Below are positions 1 through 12,000 of a stretch of DNA of 64,000 bases, one piece after another. The stretch is from Macrostomum lignano (Eukaryota). Position 1 is the first letter of the stretch; every line of letters starts with the position of its first letter. The DNA lies in contig NIVC01000776.1 of the NCBI GenBank assembly GCA_002269645.1, positions 127,333 to 191,332 on the forward strand. The letters are read 5' to 3'. The notes under the pieces were generated by a model that ran no database searches, was not told the DNA's origin, and worked only from the letters and a program-made list of their open reading frames with translations. Both the position numbers and the translations under genes were made by a program.

Positions 1-2013
1 CTCGCCCGGCAGTGCGCGACCCGACCAATGGCTGGCGCCTTGGGCTGGTGGAAGCTGCCCAGCTGCTCGATTTGGCGGAATCCCCAACTTCACGAAATCC
101 TTCTGGCATTCCACATTCGTACCGCATCCTGGATTGGGGAAGCAAGCATGAAAGAGTCGAGAGTCAACAAGTCATCTTCGTTACCGCTCTGCTACTTTGC
201 TCCCACAGAATTTGCTCCTGAGTTGTTGGCCGCAGCCCAGCAAAATTTCGATAAGCATCCCCCGAGTATTTCTTTAGGCACCACCTAAGCTCCGAGGCGG
301 AAAGTATGGTGTAAATCGAGACAAAAACTTGAAAGAGTTTGTTTCCGCTGGGGACAGGCCTATCATCACGCAAGATTGATCGCACAGGACGTTGGTCTGG
401 AAGTTTCGTTGCCAAGAACAGGGCTGTTTGGCAGCAGCAGACAAAAGTGAGAAGGTGGGGTTGGGGAGGCAGAAAGGTAGGCAATCACTGAACACATGGG
501 ACCATGCTTCATCAAGTGAGGCTGAGAAAATAGCCAGCTGTTTCATGCATGGAGTCGCAGTGTGCTCACCTCAGGCACAGGCTGCTCATTGATCTCCTGA
601 AAGCAAATTAACGCAGCTACGGCGCGCGGTGCGCGGTGCGCGGTGAAGTGTTTGCTCGATTTTCCCACCCCGTTGGACTGAGAGGCCTAGCACCTCTGTC
701 ATGACCTTGAAAATTTAAATTTGGAAGGTAGCCAATTCATTGCAGTCGCTCCTGAGATTTGATTTGGGCTTTGAGAAAAAGTGAAAAGACTTATGTAGCA
801 CACCGAATAGGTACTGCATGAGCTCAGTGAGCAAATTCTAGCTGAAGAGAACAGGCTGCTTTATTCCCATTGATGATGAACTCCTCCGTGTCCTCAGCTT
901 CCAAAGATGGACCAGGCAAAGCCTAAGAAGCTGCTACATTGCTGCAGGTGTAAATATTGAATACGTTTTCTAGAAGATGAAACCAATTGATGAGGAGACG
1001 GACTCAACACTCACTTATCAGGCTCCCTGGAAATGTAGTGCTCGAGTATTCAAACTCGAAAGAGAAAAAAAAACACAATTTGTCCCATTACCAAAATTGA
1101 CAAAGCTAGCGGGCAGACAGCGGGGCCAGGTGCACGCACCCTGTTCACATCAAAAACAGCTGGGGACCAGTGGAGCTCTGCGCCGAGTTGAAGCATTGCA
1201 CAACTCCAGCCGGACAGAGTGCATCACAAATTTCATCACAGAAGAAATTCCTAGCTACTGTTCTCGGCGGCGTCAGCTCCGACTCCTTGGCCTGCAGAAA
1301 CTCGCCGCTGCTGTCACCCGGGACAAGCTGGCTGTGCCGCTGTTGTGCGGCGACTCGAGCTGAGCAACAACATCGTTATGAATGACGTCAGGGACGACGC
1401 TATCCTTGCCTCTCCGTCTGGACATGTAAAACTACTTTAGTAATTCCGCTTGAACAATGTGTCGAGCCCTATACTGACTTAATCTGAGCTCGGCTTCTTA
1501 AATTAAATCACAAAGGTTAAGTGGATTGCACGTGAATATTAAGAAGACTTAATGATTCGATATTGACACTATATCCTTCCTGTCATTACTACTCATAGCC
1601 TACAGCATGGATATCAGTTAACGCTGTAGGAAGTTGATGGCGCTCTTTGATCAGTTGACTTTTTAGAGAAACGCAAAGCATCCAAGTTTAAATTAACATC
1701 CATGATCAGAAAAATAGATGCTTTAGTGTCTAATATACGGTCAAATTATACGTTTAATACTCGAATGCGAGTACATCTTATGCGTCCATAGCTACAATAT
1801 TTTTCGCCTTAATTGCAAAGTACATAATTATATAAGCTATAAACTGCATGATACGGTTGGAAAAATTATGATCAGCAATTAAAGTAAAAAAAATAAATCA
1901 GCAACAACTTCTTGGAAATTGATGCAAACCTCCGCAGCAACAGTATATACCAAAGCCTATTTATGCATCGTATTACTGGAAGTTACGAGTTTGTAAGCCG
2001 TAGTGATAGTATG

Positions 2014-4179
2014 CGCGGGTGCGCAGATCCAGGACTCTGAAGTCCAGGGTGCGCAGAGTCCTCAACATCCGCCCCGACTGCGTTCAATCTGATCACCGCC
2101 TGGTGGCATGCGACTTTGATCTGCACTGGCAAAAGCTCCGGCCTGCGCCATCTCACCCGCTCTGGGCCGATCTGAGAAACCCGGACACGCGGCAGGTCTT
2201 CCTACTCAAGCTGCTTGCCGCCACTCCTGCTTCAGCCAAGTCCTTCGAGTCTTTCCATCACGCTGTCGAGGATGCTGCAACGCTTCTCCCACGGAGACAG
2301 TCAAATCATCCAAAGGCCCTGTGGGACCGCGATCTCATCATCTCCCAGGCAAGGCGGCATGTGCAGAGGACTGCTGCACTCCACGGCCATGACAGCGACC
2401 AGGCCAGTGCTGCCAGGGACAAGCTGCAGCGCATCTACGCCCAGCGGACTGAAGCCTTCATCGAAGAGGCTGTGAGCGAAATCCAACACACCACTGACAA
2501 CTGCCGCCATAGTGCTGCCTGGAGGGCCATCAACCAGCTGACTGGCAGGAAGCCCAGGCCCAACACCATCGTCGGCGCTGATTCCACCGAGCACCGCAAG
2601 GCCCTGCTGGCCACCCATTACCGCGAGGTGCTCAACGCGCCCGCTCCAACTGCGCCTCTTCAGCCAATCCCAGACTTCGCTCCAGCCCAGCCAGGCCCCA
2701 TCTTTGCAGGCGAGGTTGACCGAGCACTGAGGACCATGCGAGCTGATGCCGCCGCTGGGGTGGACGCCATCCCCCCCAGGGTCCTGAAGCTGCCCGAGCT
2801 CACCCCGATCATCCCCTGCCTGCTGAACAAGCACTGCAGCCTTGGAGGCAACGAGACCGCCTCAGCTCCTCAGCAATGGCGCACCTCTCCAAGATTGTCT
2901 CCATCCCGAAGAAAGGTGCCTCCACCAGCCTGGACAACCAGCGAGGCATCGCTCTGGAATGCACAACGCCGAAGCTGCTGAACGCGATTCTGCGCAACCA
3001 CCTCCTGCCCGGCCTTAACCCGCTGCTGCTGAGCTTCCAAAGCGGCTTCCGCCCGGGCAGGTCCACCACCGAGCAGGTTGCCACCATCCGCTCTGTCATC
3101 GAGGCCTGCAAGACCCGCGAGCGCTCATCTTTGTCGACTTTCGCAAGGCGTTTGACTCGGTGTCCAGGCCTGCGATCGCTTGGCTTTTATCTCACTATGG
3201 TGCACCTGCTGCGCTGGTGAGCGCGGTGATGGACCTCTACCGCGACTCCAGGGCTTTTGTCATGTCGAGCGACGGCCCCACAGAAGAGTTCGGCACCAGC
3301 TCAGGCGTCCTTCAGGGCGACACGCTGGCTCCTCTGCTCTTCCTCGTGGTTGTGGACTACGTGCTTCGTCGGTCCCTCCGCGAGGATGACAGCTACTTGC
3401 TGGTCTCACGCCGAAGCTCCAGACACCCTGCTGTTTCGCTCCCCGCTCTGGCGTATGCTGACGACATCGCGCTGCTCTGCCGCGGTGAACGCTCGCAAGA
3501 CGGAGGCACTGCACGTGGGCACGAATACCGCCCCTGCAACTCTAACGCTGCCCAATGGAGACCGCATCGCGGTGTGAGAGGACTTCCGGTAACTCGGCGC
3601 CCTGATGATGAGCCCCGATGCGATTGTCTCCGACAGGAGGAACCAGGCCTGGCGCGCCGCGTACCTCCTCAGGAACGTTTTTAATTCAGCTGCCAGAGAC
3701 GACCTGAAGGTGCGCCTGTTACGCGCAGCCGTCGAGCCGATCCTGCTGTACGGCATGGAGGCTGTGCCGCTGTCCGAAACATGAGAGTGAGCCTTGGACG
3801 CGCGCTTTACCGATCGCTGCTGCGCTACGCGCTGGGCGTGCACTACCCGGATCGCCTGCCGACCAACGCTCTGATGGCCCGCGCTGGAACTCCGCCCCTG
3901 AGCGCTACCCTGCGCCGGCGCCGCCAGATGCTGCTGGGCCACTGCCTACGGACCCTGGGTCGGGGGTGCGCCCGACCCTCCGGCCCTGGCCATGCTGCAC
4001 CGGCCGACCGAGCAATTGCGCCGCGGCCAGACCCGCACTGCTACTAACGGACTGCCTCATCGCTGACTTGCAGGCGCTTGAGCTGACCTTTCAGCTTGCT
4101 GCTGCTGCCTGCTCCTCCCGCCTGTTCTGCGAGCGTGTGCGCGCAAGGGGCCTCCTCTCTGCGTCCTAATATATATATA
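2014..4179 (+). mobile_element. 5'-truncated, frameshifted non-LTR retrotransposon (RTE-like LINE): end of APE endonuclease plus reverse transcriptase
   Basis: ORF pieces 2019-2981, 2876-3220 and 3160-3684 give SDH (APE C-terminus), IPKKG, RGIAL, QSGFRPGRST, FVDFRKAFDSV, GVLQGDTLAPLLF and YADD. It ends in a (TA)n tail and is flanked by an exact 13-bp direct repeat TAGTGATAGTATG (2001-2013 and 4180-4192). Confidence 0.93.
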
Positions 4180-5263
4180 TAGTGATAGTATGGATGTATT
4201 TTTCAGACATCTGTCTATCTTTTTAAAGTTATTTAATGATATCAAATGTTCAGATAAAGAGTTTAGAGGCTTATTATTTAAAGCGTTTTTTATTACTTAT
4301 CAAAGTGATTTCGGAACAGAGATAATTTACTTGCTCGTATTACGAGATCAGTTCCACGGAATCACTTGATGGTGCAAACAAATTGATAAACGAAAAAACT
4401 TTTAAATGTCAGTTTTCATAGAAACACACTGGAAACATTTTTATTTTGGTGTCGGTCGGATCCTATTTCTGTATTCTATAATTTGCTACTACACTGTATA
4501 TCAATACCATTTTCAGAATTTCAGTGCATTGAATACCTTACTTATAGCAATTTCATGATTACAACTTTATACTAATAGAATTTGCTTGGAAATGTTCCTA
4601 AAAATAGCAATAAATTAGATGGGCAATCTTCTAGTTTCACCACTGTCATTTGATGGTAAATAGTTGAATTATGTACACAATAATGTATGTCTTTTGTATG
4701 CTAATAGCTACGCTATACACTGGCTCTGTGGCACAATTTTTTCAGCGGATTTCTATATGCCAGATACTTTATGCCAACAATTTTCCATGTCGATGTCCAT
4801 TGTATTGTATACCAGAATTTTGTGGCATATATCTTATATGTAAGATTTGAGAGTGTGGGTTTAGGGCCTAGGTGCAAATTTAAGCTATTCTACTTAATAG
4901 TATTTGAGATGCTAGGCCTAGCATCAGATAGCAGGCAATTGACAAAATGTTAGGTATGCACCTATCTATTAGTAGGCCTAAGGGTGCCTATAGTGTTAGC
5001 AATAGTATCTTATATACTTAGCTATAAGCATTATGACTTAACTTAGATGACATATACCTAGCTTGCTAGCTTGTTGCCAATGGTGCAATAATTTACTAGG
5101 ATATAATAGGCCAGTTTGGCAACCCAGTGCCATATTGGTAACTTGCTTATAGCCAATCTTGAAAGACAAATTAATAATAATAATAATAGGATTAATTAAT
5201 TCTATCAATTCCTAAGCAATCCTAAGCAATTCTCTTTAAATATGTTACTTTAGGCTAGCTGAA

Positions 5264-5541
5264 TTTTATTTCAAAGAAAAATTTAACATTCTACAATCTA
5301 CTATTTTATTGCTTATTGCTATATTATTTCATCTTTTAAAATGGTTATTTGAGTCCTACCCTTAGTTTGCTTGCACTTATTTTCTATTTTTTAGTTATTT
5401 TATTTTATTTCAAAGAAAAATTTAACATTCTACAATCTACTATTTTATTGCTTATTGCTATATTATTTCATCTTTTAAAATGGTTATTTGAGTCCTACCC
5501 TTAGTTTGCTTGCACTTATTTTCTATTTTTTAGTTATTTTA
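5264..5541. repeat. Near-perfect tandem duplication of a ~139-bp AT-rich segment
   Basis: TTTTATTTCAAAGAAAAATTTAAC...TTAGTTATTTT starts at 5264 and again at 5403. Confidence 0.9.
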
Positions 5542-6061
5542 TTTAGCTTATATCTTTTTTATTTTAATTGTTTTGTTATTCATTGTTTGCATTAGGCTTA
5601 GGATAATAGTAATATTTATAACTTTTTAAAGCTTGTTTTAGGCTTTTGTAACTAAGCAATTGGTTAAATTTTAATTTACTGATTTATACTTTTATTCTAG
5701 TAATTTTTTGGTTTTTATTTCCTATATATTTGTATTAATATAGATAAAATTTAATATTGTAATGAAGAATTAATTGATATATTATATTATAGTATTTAAT
5801 TCTTCATTATATAAACATATTTGTTCTAATGACTTAAAATTTATTTGATAAATAGATTAATAGAGAAATAATTCTAGCAATATTGGGTTGGCAAGATAAT
5901 AAAACATTTTATTTAAACAAAATATAAATACAAGCATAAATTTGTTTTTAGTTTCTTAACACATTAAAGTTGCACCCGGTCTTCTCTTTCTTTATATCAA
6001 TGTAGTATGCATCACTGATTAATATAGTAATGTCTGTTTTAATTAATTTCAGCCATGCTGC

Positions 6062-9000
6062 ATGCCAAACATGACAAATTTTTTCAAGCAATTTTATCTG
6101 CTGCAATGGAAAAACATTAAACTGAAGCAGAGACAATGGGTAAGAATTTCCCTACTTATTATGACCAGCTTCCTGAGTAGTGTCATGCAATATAGGACTC
6201 GCTCCACCGCAGGCGAAGACCTCCATCGAGCTGGTGATGCCGCTGGTGTTCTTCATGATCCTGGTGGCGGTGCGTCAGTCGCAGAACTTCATCAGGTCGA
6301 GCCCAGAGTGCGACTACCGGCCGACCCCACTGGCCTCCGACGGCCTCTTGGCCGCCCTGCGGTCCGCCTGTCACCTGGGCGTCTGCCAGAGCAGCGAGTC
6401 CGTCTCCAGGGACGAGACTGCAGATGGCGAATGGTGCGTCCCGTCCCGTGTCTGCGTCTTTTGTTCACACAAAATTTAGACCACATATATGCGCAGTTTT
6501 TGTTCTCATTGGCTTCGCAGTGAGCTGCCTTGGTCTGCAGGGGTTGCAAGTTCAGACTCCCAGCCTGCATGCACTGGACTGTAGGGGGGTTGCAAGCCCA
6601 GACTCCCAGCCTGCATCCACTGGACTGTAGGGGGGTTGCAAGTTCAGACTCCCAGCCTACATGCACTGGACTGTAGGGGGGTTGCAAGCCCAGACTCCCA
6701 GCCTGCATGCACTGGACTGTAGGGGGGTTGCAAGCCCAGACTCCCAGCCTGCATCCACTGGACTGTAGGGGGGTTGCAAGCCCAGACTCCCAGCCTGCAT
6801 CCACTGGACTGTAGGGGGGTTGCAAGCCCAGACTCCCAGCCTGCATCCACTGGACTGTAGGGGGGTTGCAAGCCCAGACTCCCAGCCTGCATCCACTGGA
6901 CTGTAGAGATTGCAGCCCAGACTCCCAGCCTGCATCCACTGGACTGTAGGGGGGTTGCAAGCCCAGACTCCCAGCCTGCATCCACTGGACTGTAGGGGGG
7001 TTGCAAGCCCAGACTCCCAGCCTGCATCCACTGGACTGTAGGGGGGTTGCAAGCCCAGACTCCCAGCCTGCATCCACTGGACTGTAGGGGGGTTGCAAGC
7101 CCAGACTCCCAGCCTGCATCCACTGGACTGTAGGGGGTTGCAAGCCCAGACTCCCAGCCTGCTTTAAGCTATATCTTAAGCATTCTGCACAGCCGCACTC
7201 CGAACCAATCAGAGCAGTGCCGCAATCCCCGCAGGTACGGCAACGCCAGCACTGCGCTGGCTGCTGTCAACAAGCTGATGGCGCATCGGACCACGCGTTT
7301 GGTGGCATCCGCGGCCCTGAAGGCTCTTCCCACCAACTGGACTGACCCAGATCGTGAGTTCGCTGAATGCTTGCACCTGTTAGTGCAGCGATAGTGCCTT
7401 GCTAAAGTATCTTACGCTACATATCAGCAGTCGGGGAAACTCTCAATAGAGGAAAGTGAATGCTAGTCACCGGGATGGAGCAGGAAGTTCAGCTCCCAAC
7501 CGAATCAACTGAAATCGGCCACTGATCTTTCTAGAATATTCTTGAAGCTTAACTAGATGAAATGGACAGAATCTGCAAACGTGCCTTGATGGCTCGCTCT
7601 AATCCTATATCGCTAATCCTACATCGCTAATCCTATATCGCTAATCCTATATCGCTAATCCTACATCGCTAATCCTATATCGCTAATCCTATATCGCTAA
7701 TCCTATATCGCTAATCCTATATCGCTAATCCTACATCGCTAATCCTATATCGCTAATCCTATATCGCTAATCCTATATCGCTAATCCTATATCGCTAATC
7801 CTATATAGCTAATCCTATATCGCTAATCCTATATCGCTAATCCTACATCGCTAATCCTATATCGCTAATCCTATATCGCTAATCCTACATCGCTAATCCT
7901 ATATCGCTAATCCTATATCGCTAATTCTATATCGCTAATCCTATATCGCTAATCCTACATCGCTAATCCTATGTCGCTAATCCTATATCGCTAATCCTAT
8001 ATCGCTAATCCTATGTCGCTAAATCCTATGTCGCTAATCCTATGTCGCTAATCCTATATCGCTAATCCTATATCGCTAATCCTATATCGCTAATCCGTAT
8101 GCAGTATGCTAAATAATCCGTGAATAAATTGATTTTGCAGAAGTGAAGCAGGTGCCACTGAAGAGGCTGTTCACCAGGCCGAAGGATCTGTTCAACGGAG
8201 TGAATGCTACGGACGATGAAATCCGGAAGTTGATGTCGGCCACCGTGCCTCTGCCGAAGGTGAAAATTGAGCTTATTAGAGTCTATACTTGTTTCTTTGC
8301 TATACTAGTCTGCAGAGCCTTCTAAGCCTGCAATAATGAAGTTTGTCATTTTCTGTGCAGATATTTTGATCAGTGCGAACCCTCATTGTCCATTCTTAAT
8401 GTTCATTTAATCGTGCGGTGTTGATCCATTGACATCTGCACTAGCATCTCATTAATATTGGCCAACTGGGACTTTATAGTTGGCGCCCATAGGGCAATAC
8501 CACTCCCCCTTTTGAACCAAGCGTTGCAAGCTAAGGTGCTAAAATTAGCATTGAGGCGTCAAAATGTCAAGAAAAATGTCAAGACGAGCGCCAAGGTGTC
8601 AAGATGGGCGCCAAGGTTTCAGGATGAGCGCCAAGGTGTCAGGATGAGCGCCAAGGTGTCAAGATGGGCGCCAAGGTTTCAGGATGAGCGCCAAGGTGTC
8701 AGGATGAGCGCCAATGCGTCAAGATGGGCGCCAAGGTGTCAGGATGAGCGCCAAGGTGTCAGGATGAGCGCCAAGGTGTCAGGATGAGCGCCAATGTGTC
8801 AGGATGAGCGCCAATGTGTCAGGATGAGCGTCAAGCTACACTTAGCAAAGTCTAATACTGTCTCAACAATAATTAAAAGGGGGACATTGACCCTCTTGCT
8901 GCCCCCAACCTCGGGTCCCTGCTCAAGTCTAATTAAAGGCCAGCAGGTGCTTCGGAAATTCGCTCACATCTCCGCAATCCCTCAGAAGCTGAACCTGCGC

Positions 9001-12000
9001 CTCGACTTCTTGCTCAGAAGCGCGCTTTTGGCGCAGTCCATGCCGTCAGACGCGGAGGCTCCACAGACGGTGTGCATCCTGGTTGCTAGCCAGTCTCTGT
9101 GCTCTCAGGCCCGCTTCCGTAGCAACCTGGCCCAGATGTTCAGCCCAGTTCAGCTGGTCGACCAGGTAAGTCTTCTTTCCACAGGTTCAATTAAGGTCAG
9201 TGTGTGAAGGGTTAATTGAAGGTATCAAAAAATGATTTCTTATTTACAAAAACAGCTGGCCTCATCCGACCGAGACAGCATCCCGCTGCCAATCCGTTTT
9301 TCTGATGCTGTTTCTTTGAAGCCTGTGATCAGCAAGGTGAGTTAAGTAGTATCATTCGAGTTTTCATTTCTGCGCATGGCAAACTTTTTTAAGTGTTGAA
9401 TACTTGGTAGAAGGAGTAGAAGTGCTGGATAATCTAGTGGGATCTGAAGTGAGTCAATGGGATCCCAATTGAGTCAATGGAATCTCAAGTGAGTCAATGG
9501 GAGCTCAAGGGAATCAGTGGGATGTCAAAAGAGTCAGTGGGATCTCAAGAGAGTGAGTGGGATCTCAAGAGAGTCAGTGGGATCTCAAGAAAGCGGGGTC
9601 TCAAGAGAGTCAGTGGGATCTGAAGATAGTCAGTGGGATCTCTAGTGAGTCAATGTGATCTCAAGAGAGTCAGTGGGATCTCAAGAAAGCGGGGTCTCAA
9701 GAGAGTCAGTGGGATCTGAAGATAGTCAGTGGGATCTCTAGTGAGTCAATGTGATCTCAAGTGAGTCAATGGGATCTCAAGTGAGTCAGTGGGATCCCAG
9801 GTGAGTCAGTGGGATCCCAAGTGAGTCAGCGGGGTCCCAAGTGAGTCAGTGGAATCCTAGGTGAGTCAGTGGAATCCCATGTGAGTCAGTGGGATCTCAA
9901 GTGAGTCAATGGGATCCCAAGTGAGTCAGCGGGATCCCAAGTGAGTCAGCGGGGTTTCGAGAAAGTCAGCGTGGTATCTAGAGAGTGGGTTTCAAGAGTC
10001 AGTGCCAGTGGGATCTCAAGAGAGAATCTACCAGTTCTCTCCCAGCCAAAGCAACCCACAACTCCCCATCCGATTCCCTCAGCTGGTTTCTTTAAAGGAC
10101 GCCGGCGTGCTGAACTTCTTGGACGACTTTTGGTCACGCATCGCCGCACTCGAACCCGCGACCACCGCCTCGGAGGCGACGGCCTCGCCGCCCACCGCGC
10201 TGGCCATGCTGGACCGCTTGGAGCGCCTGTCGGACGTCGCCTGCGGCCACGGCGCCAGCACCCTGCGTCAGATCACTGGCCGGCTGCGGGCCAGACTGGC
10301 CGGCCGAGCCCGCAAGCCTGACACTAAGCATGCGGGGCCGGAGGCGCGGCCGACATTGCCGCCAGTTGGCGAGGCCGACGAATCTGGCAACTCCAGCGCC
10401 GCGCGTCGCCTTGTCGATCTGGACGCTGTGGAGCTGGCGCAGCCTGAGCAGTGTGAGTGCCTTGGCTGCTTGGAGGGCCTTGCAGCTCATCTTTGTGCTT
10501 CATTCCTGGTCTGGGATGTACATGTAGATGCCTAGAGCCGGGCGCAACTGCTGGCCGACCTGGCCAATCCAGCCACCGTAAATTGTGGTGGATCAGGGGT
10601 AAGTCGCAAAAATGCCCAGCCGAAAGAATACAGACTAATTAGTACTAATTAGATGACGAGGCATTTAGCCTAAATAAACCAGTGATAGTTACTCCTGCCG
10701 TTTACCCAAAACTCTAGAGTAATTTTTGCTCTAGGGTTCTTTCACAGGTAAGTCGCATTTTTAGCCAAAAAATAAGTCGCACGGCCAGTGTAAATCAGGG
10801 GGGTTGCGCATATATGACTGGAGGGGGGGCGCCTGAACGGAAACGCGGCCTGTGACGCTGTTCTCTTTTTTTTATTTTCCCGTTCTGTGCTGGGGAAGAT
10901 AAGGATTGGGATAAGTGGGGGATTTTTTCTTGGATTTCAAGAGTGCAGAATTGCATGGCGTCTCCGCTCTCCGCCCCCAGTCTGCTTCAACGCCAGCTAC
11001 CAGTTCGCCCTGCTGGGTAGCGTCGGCAGCCTGCTGAGCAGCCTGGGCTTCGACTCGCTCTCCGTGCTGGCGTTCGGCGAGATCGCTTATTCGCCTGACA
11101 CGGAGTCGGTTCGGCGACACCTGCGGCGGGTGAGACCGGGGCGTCTGGCATGTTTTTCTGACTTTCAGCTCAATTAGGAATGTCTCCAAGTTATGTAGGA
11201 GTGCATCTTGTATAGGAGTGAATCTCTGCTTACGGAGGAGTGAATCTCAGCTTATGGAGGAGTGAATCTCAGTGTATGGGGAGGAGTGAATCTTATAGAC
11301 GAGTGAATCTCAGCTTATGGAGGAGTGAATCTTTGCTTGTGTGAGTGAATCTTAGCTTGTATAAGAGTGAATCTCAGCTTATGGAGGAGTGAATCAGAGC
11401 TTGTAAAGGAGGGAATCTTAGCTTGTATTAAAGTGAATCTTAGCTTGTATAAGAATGAATCTTAGCTTTTATAAGAGTGAATATTAGCTTATGCAGAAGT
11501 GAATCTTGTGAATCTCAGGTGACTCTCAACAGTTAAAAAATATTTTTGACCGCTAGCCGCCAGCTCCCCTCCCCGCCCCGCGCAGATCAACGAAACTCTG
11601 ACCGGCATTGCCGACGTGTCGCGCGTGGCCGAGCTCTGGCTGACCAACGAGACGGAGCGGGCCGCCCAGTTCCTGGCTAACGGGCCGCTGCTGCCCGCGC
11701 TTCAAGTGAGTTCACTTCCGGTTACTTGGATTTTGCCCTGTCTTCTCTCTACTCTCATTTATTTAGAGTAGACACCCCTGTATGCTGCTATGTTTCTCTG
11801 TTTCTCCATTTACTCTGTTCATTTTCGGTTCATTCATATATGCCTGCCCTCATTTCCATGCCTACTTTAATTTCCAGGTCTATCCTCCTTTCCAAGTACA
11901 TCGTCATTTCCATGTGTTCCCTCATTTCCATGTCTATCCTCATTTCCATGTCCATCCTCATTTCCATGTCTACCCTCATTTCCAGGTCTATCCTCATTTC

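Noticed and set aside
1-1400. Short ORFs and splice-like signals at the window start
   Set aside because: All frames are interrupted and no motif was recognised. This may be a decayed gene or TE, but it cannot be supported.
8361-8420. Possible extra ABCA exon after TGTGCAG
   Set aside because: There is an immediate in-frame TGA, and the neighbouring exons already join in phase.
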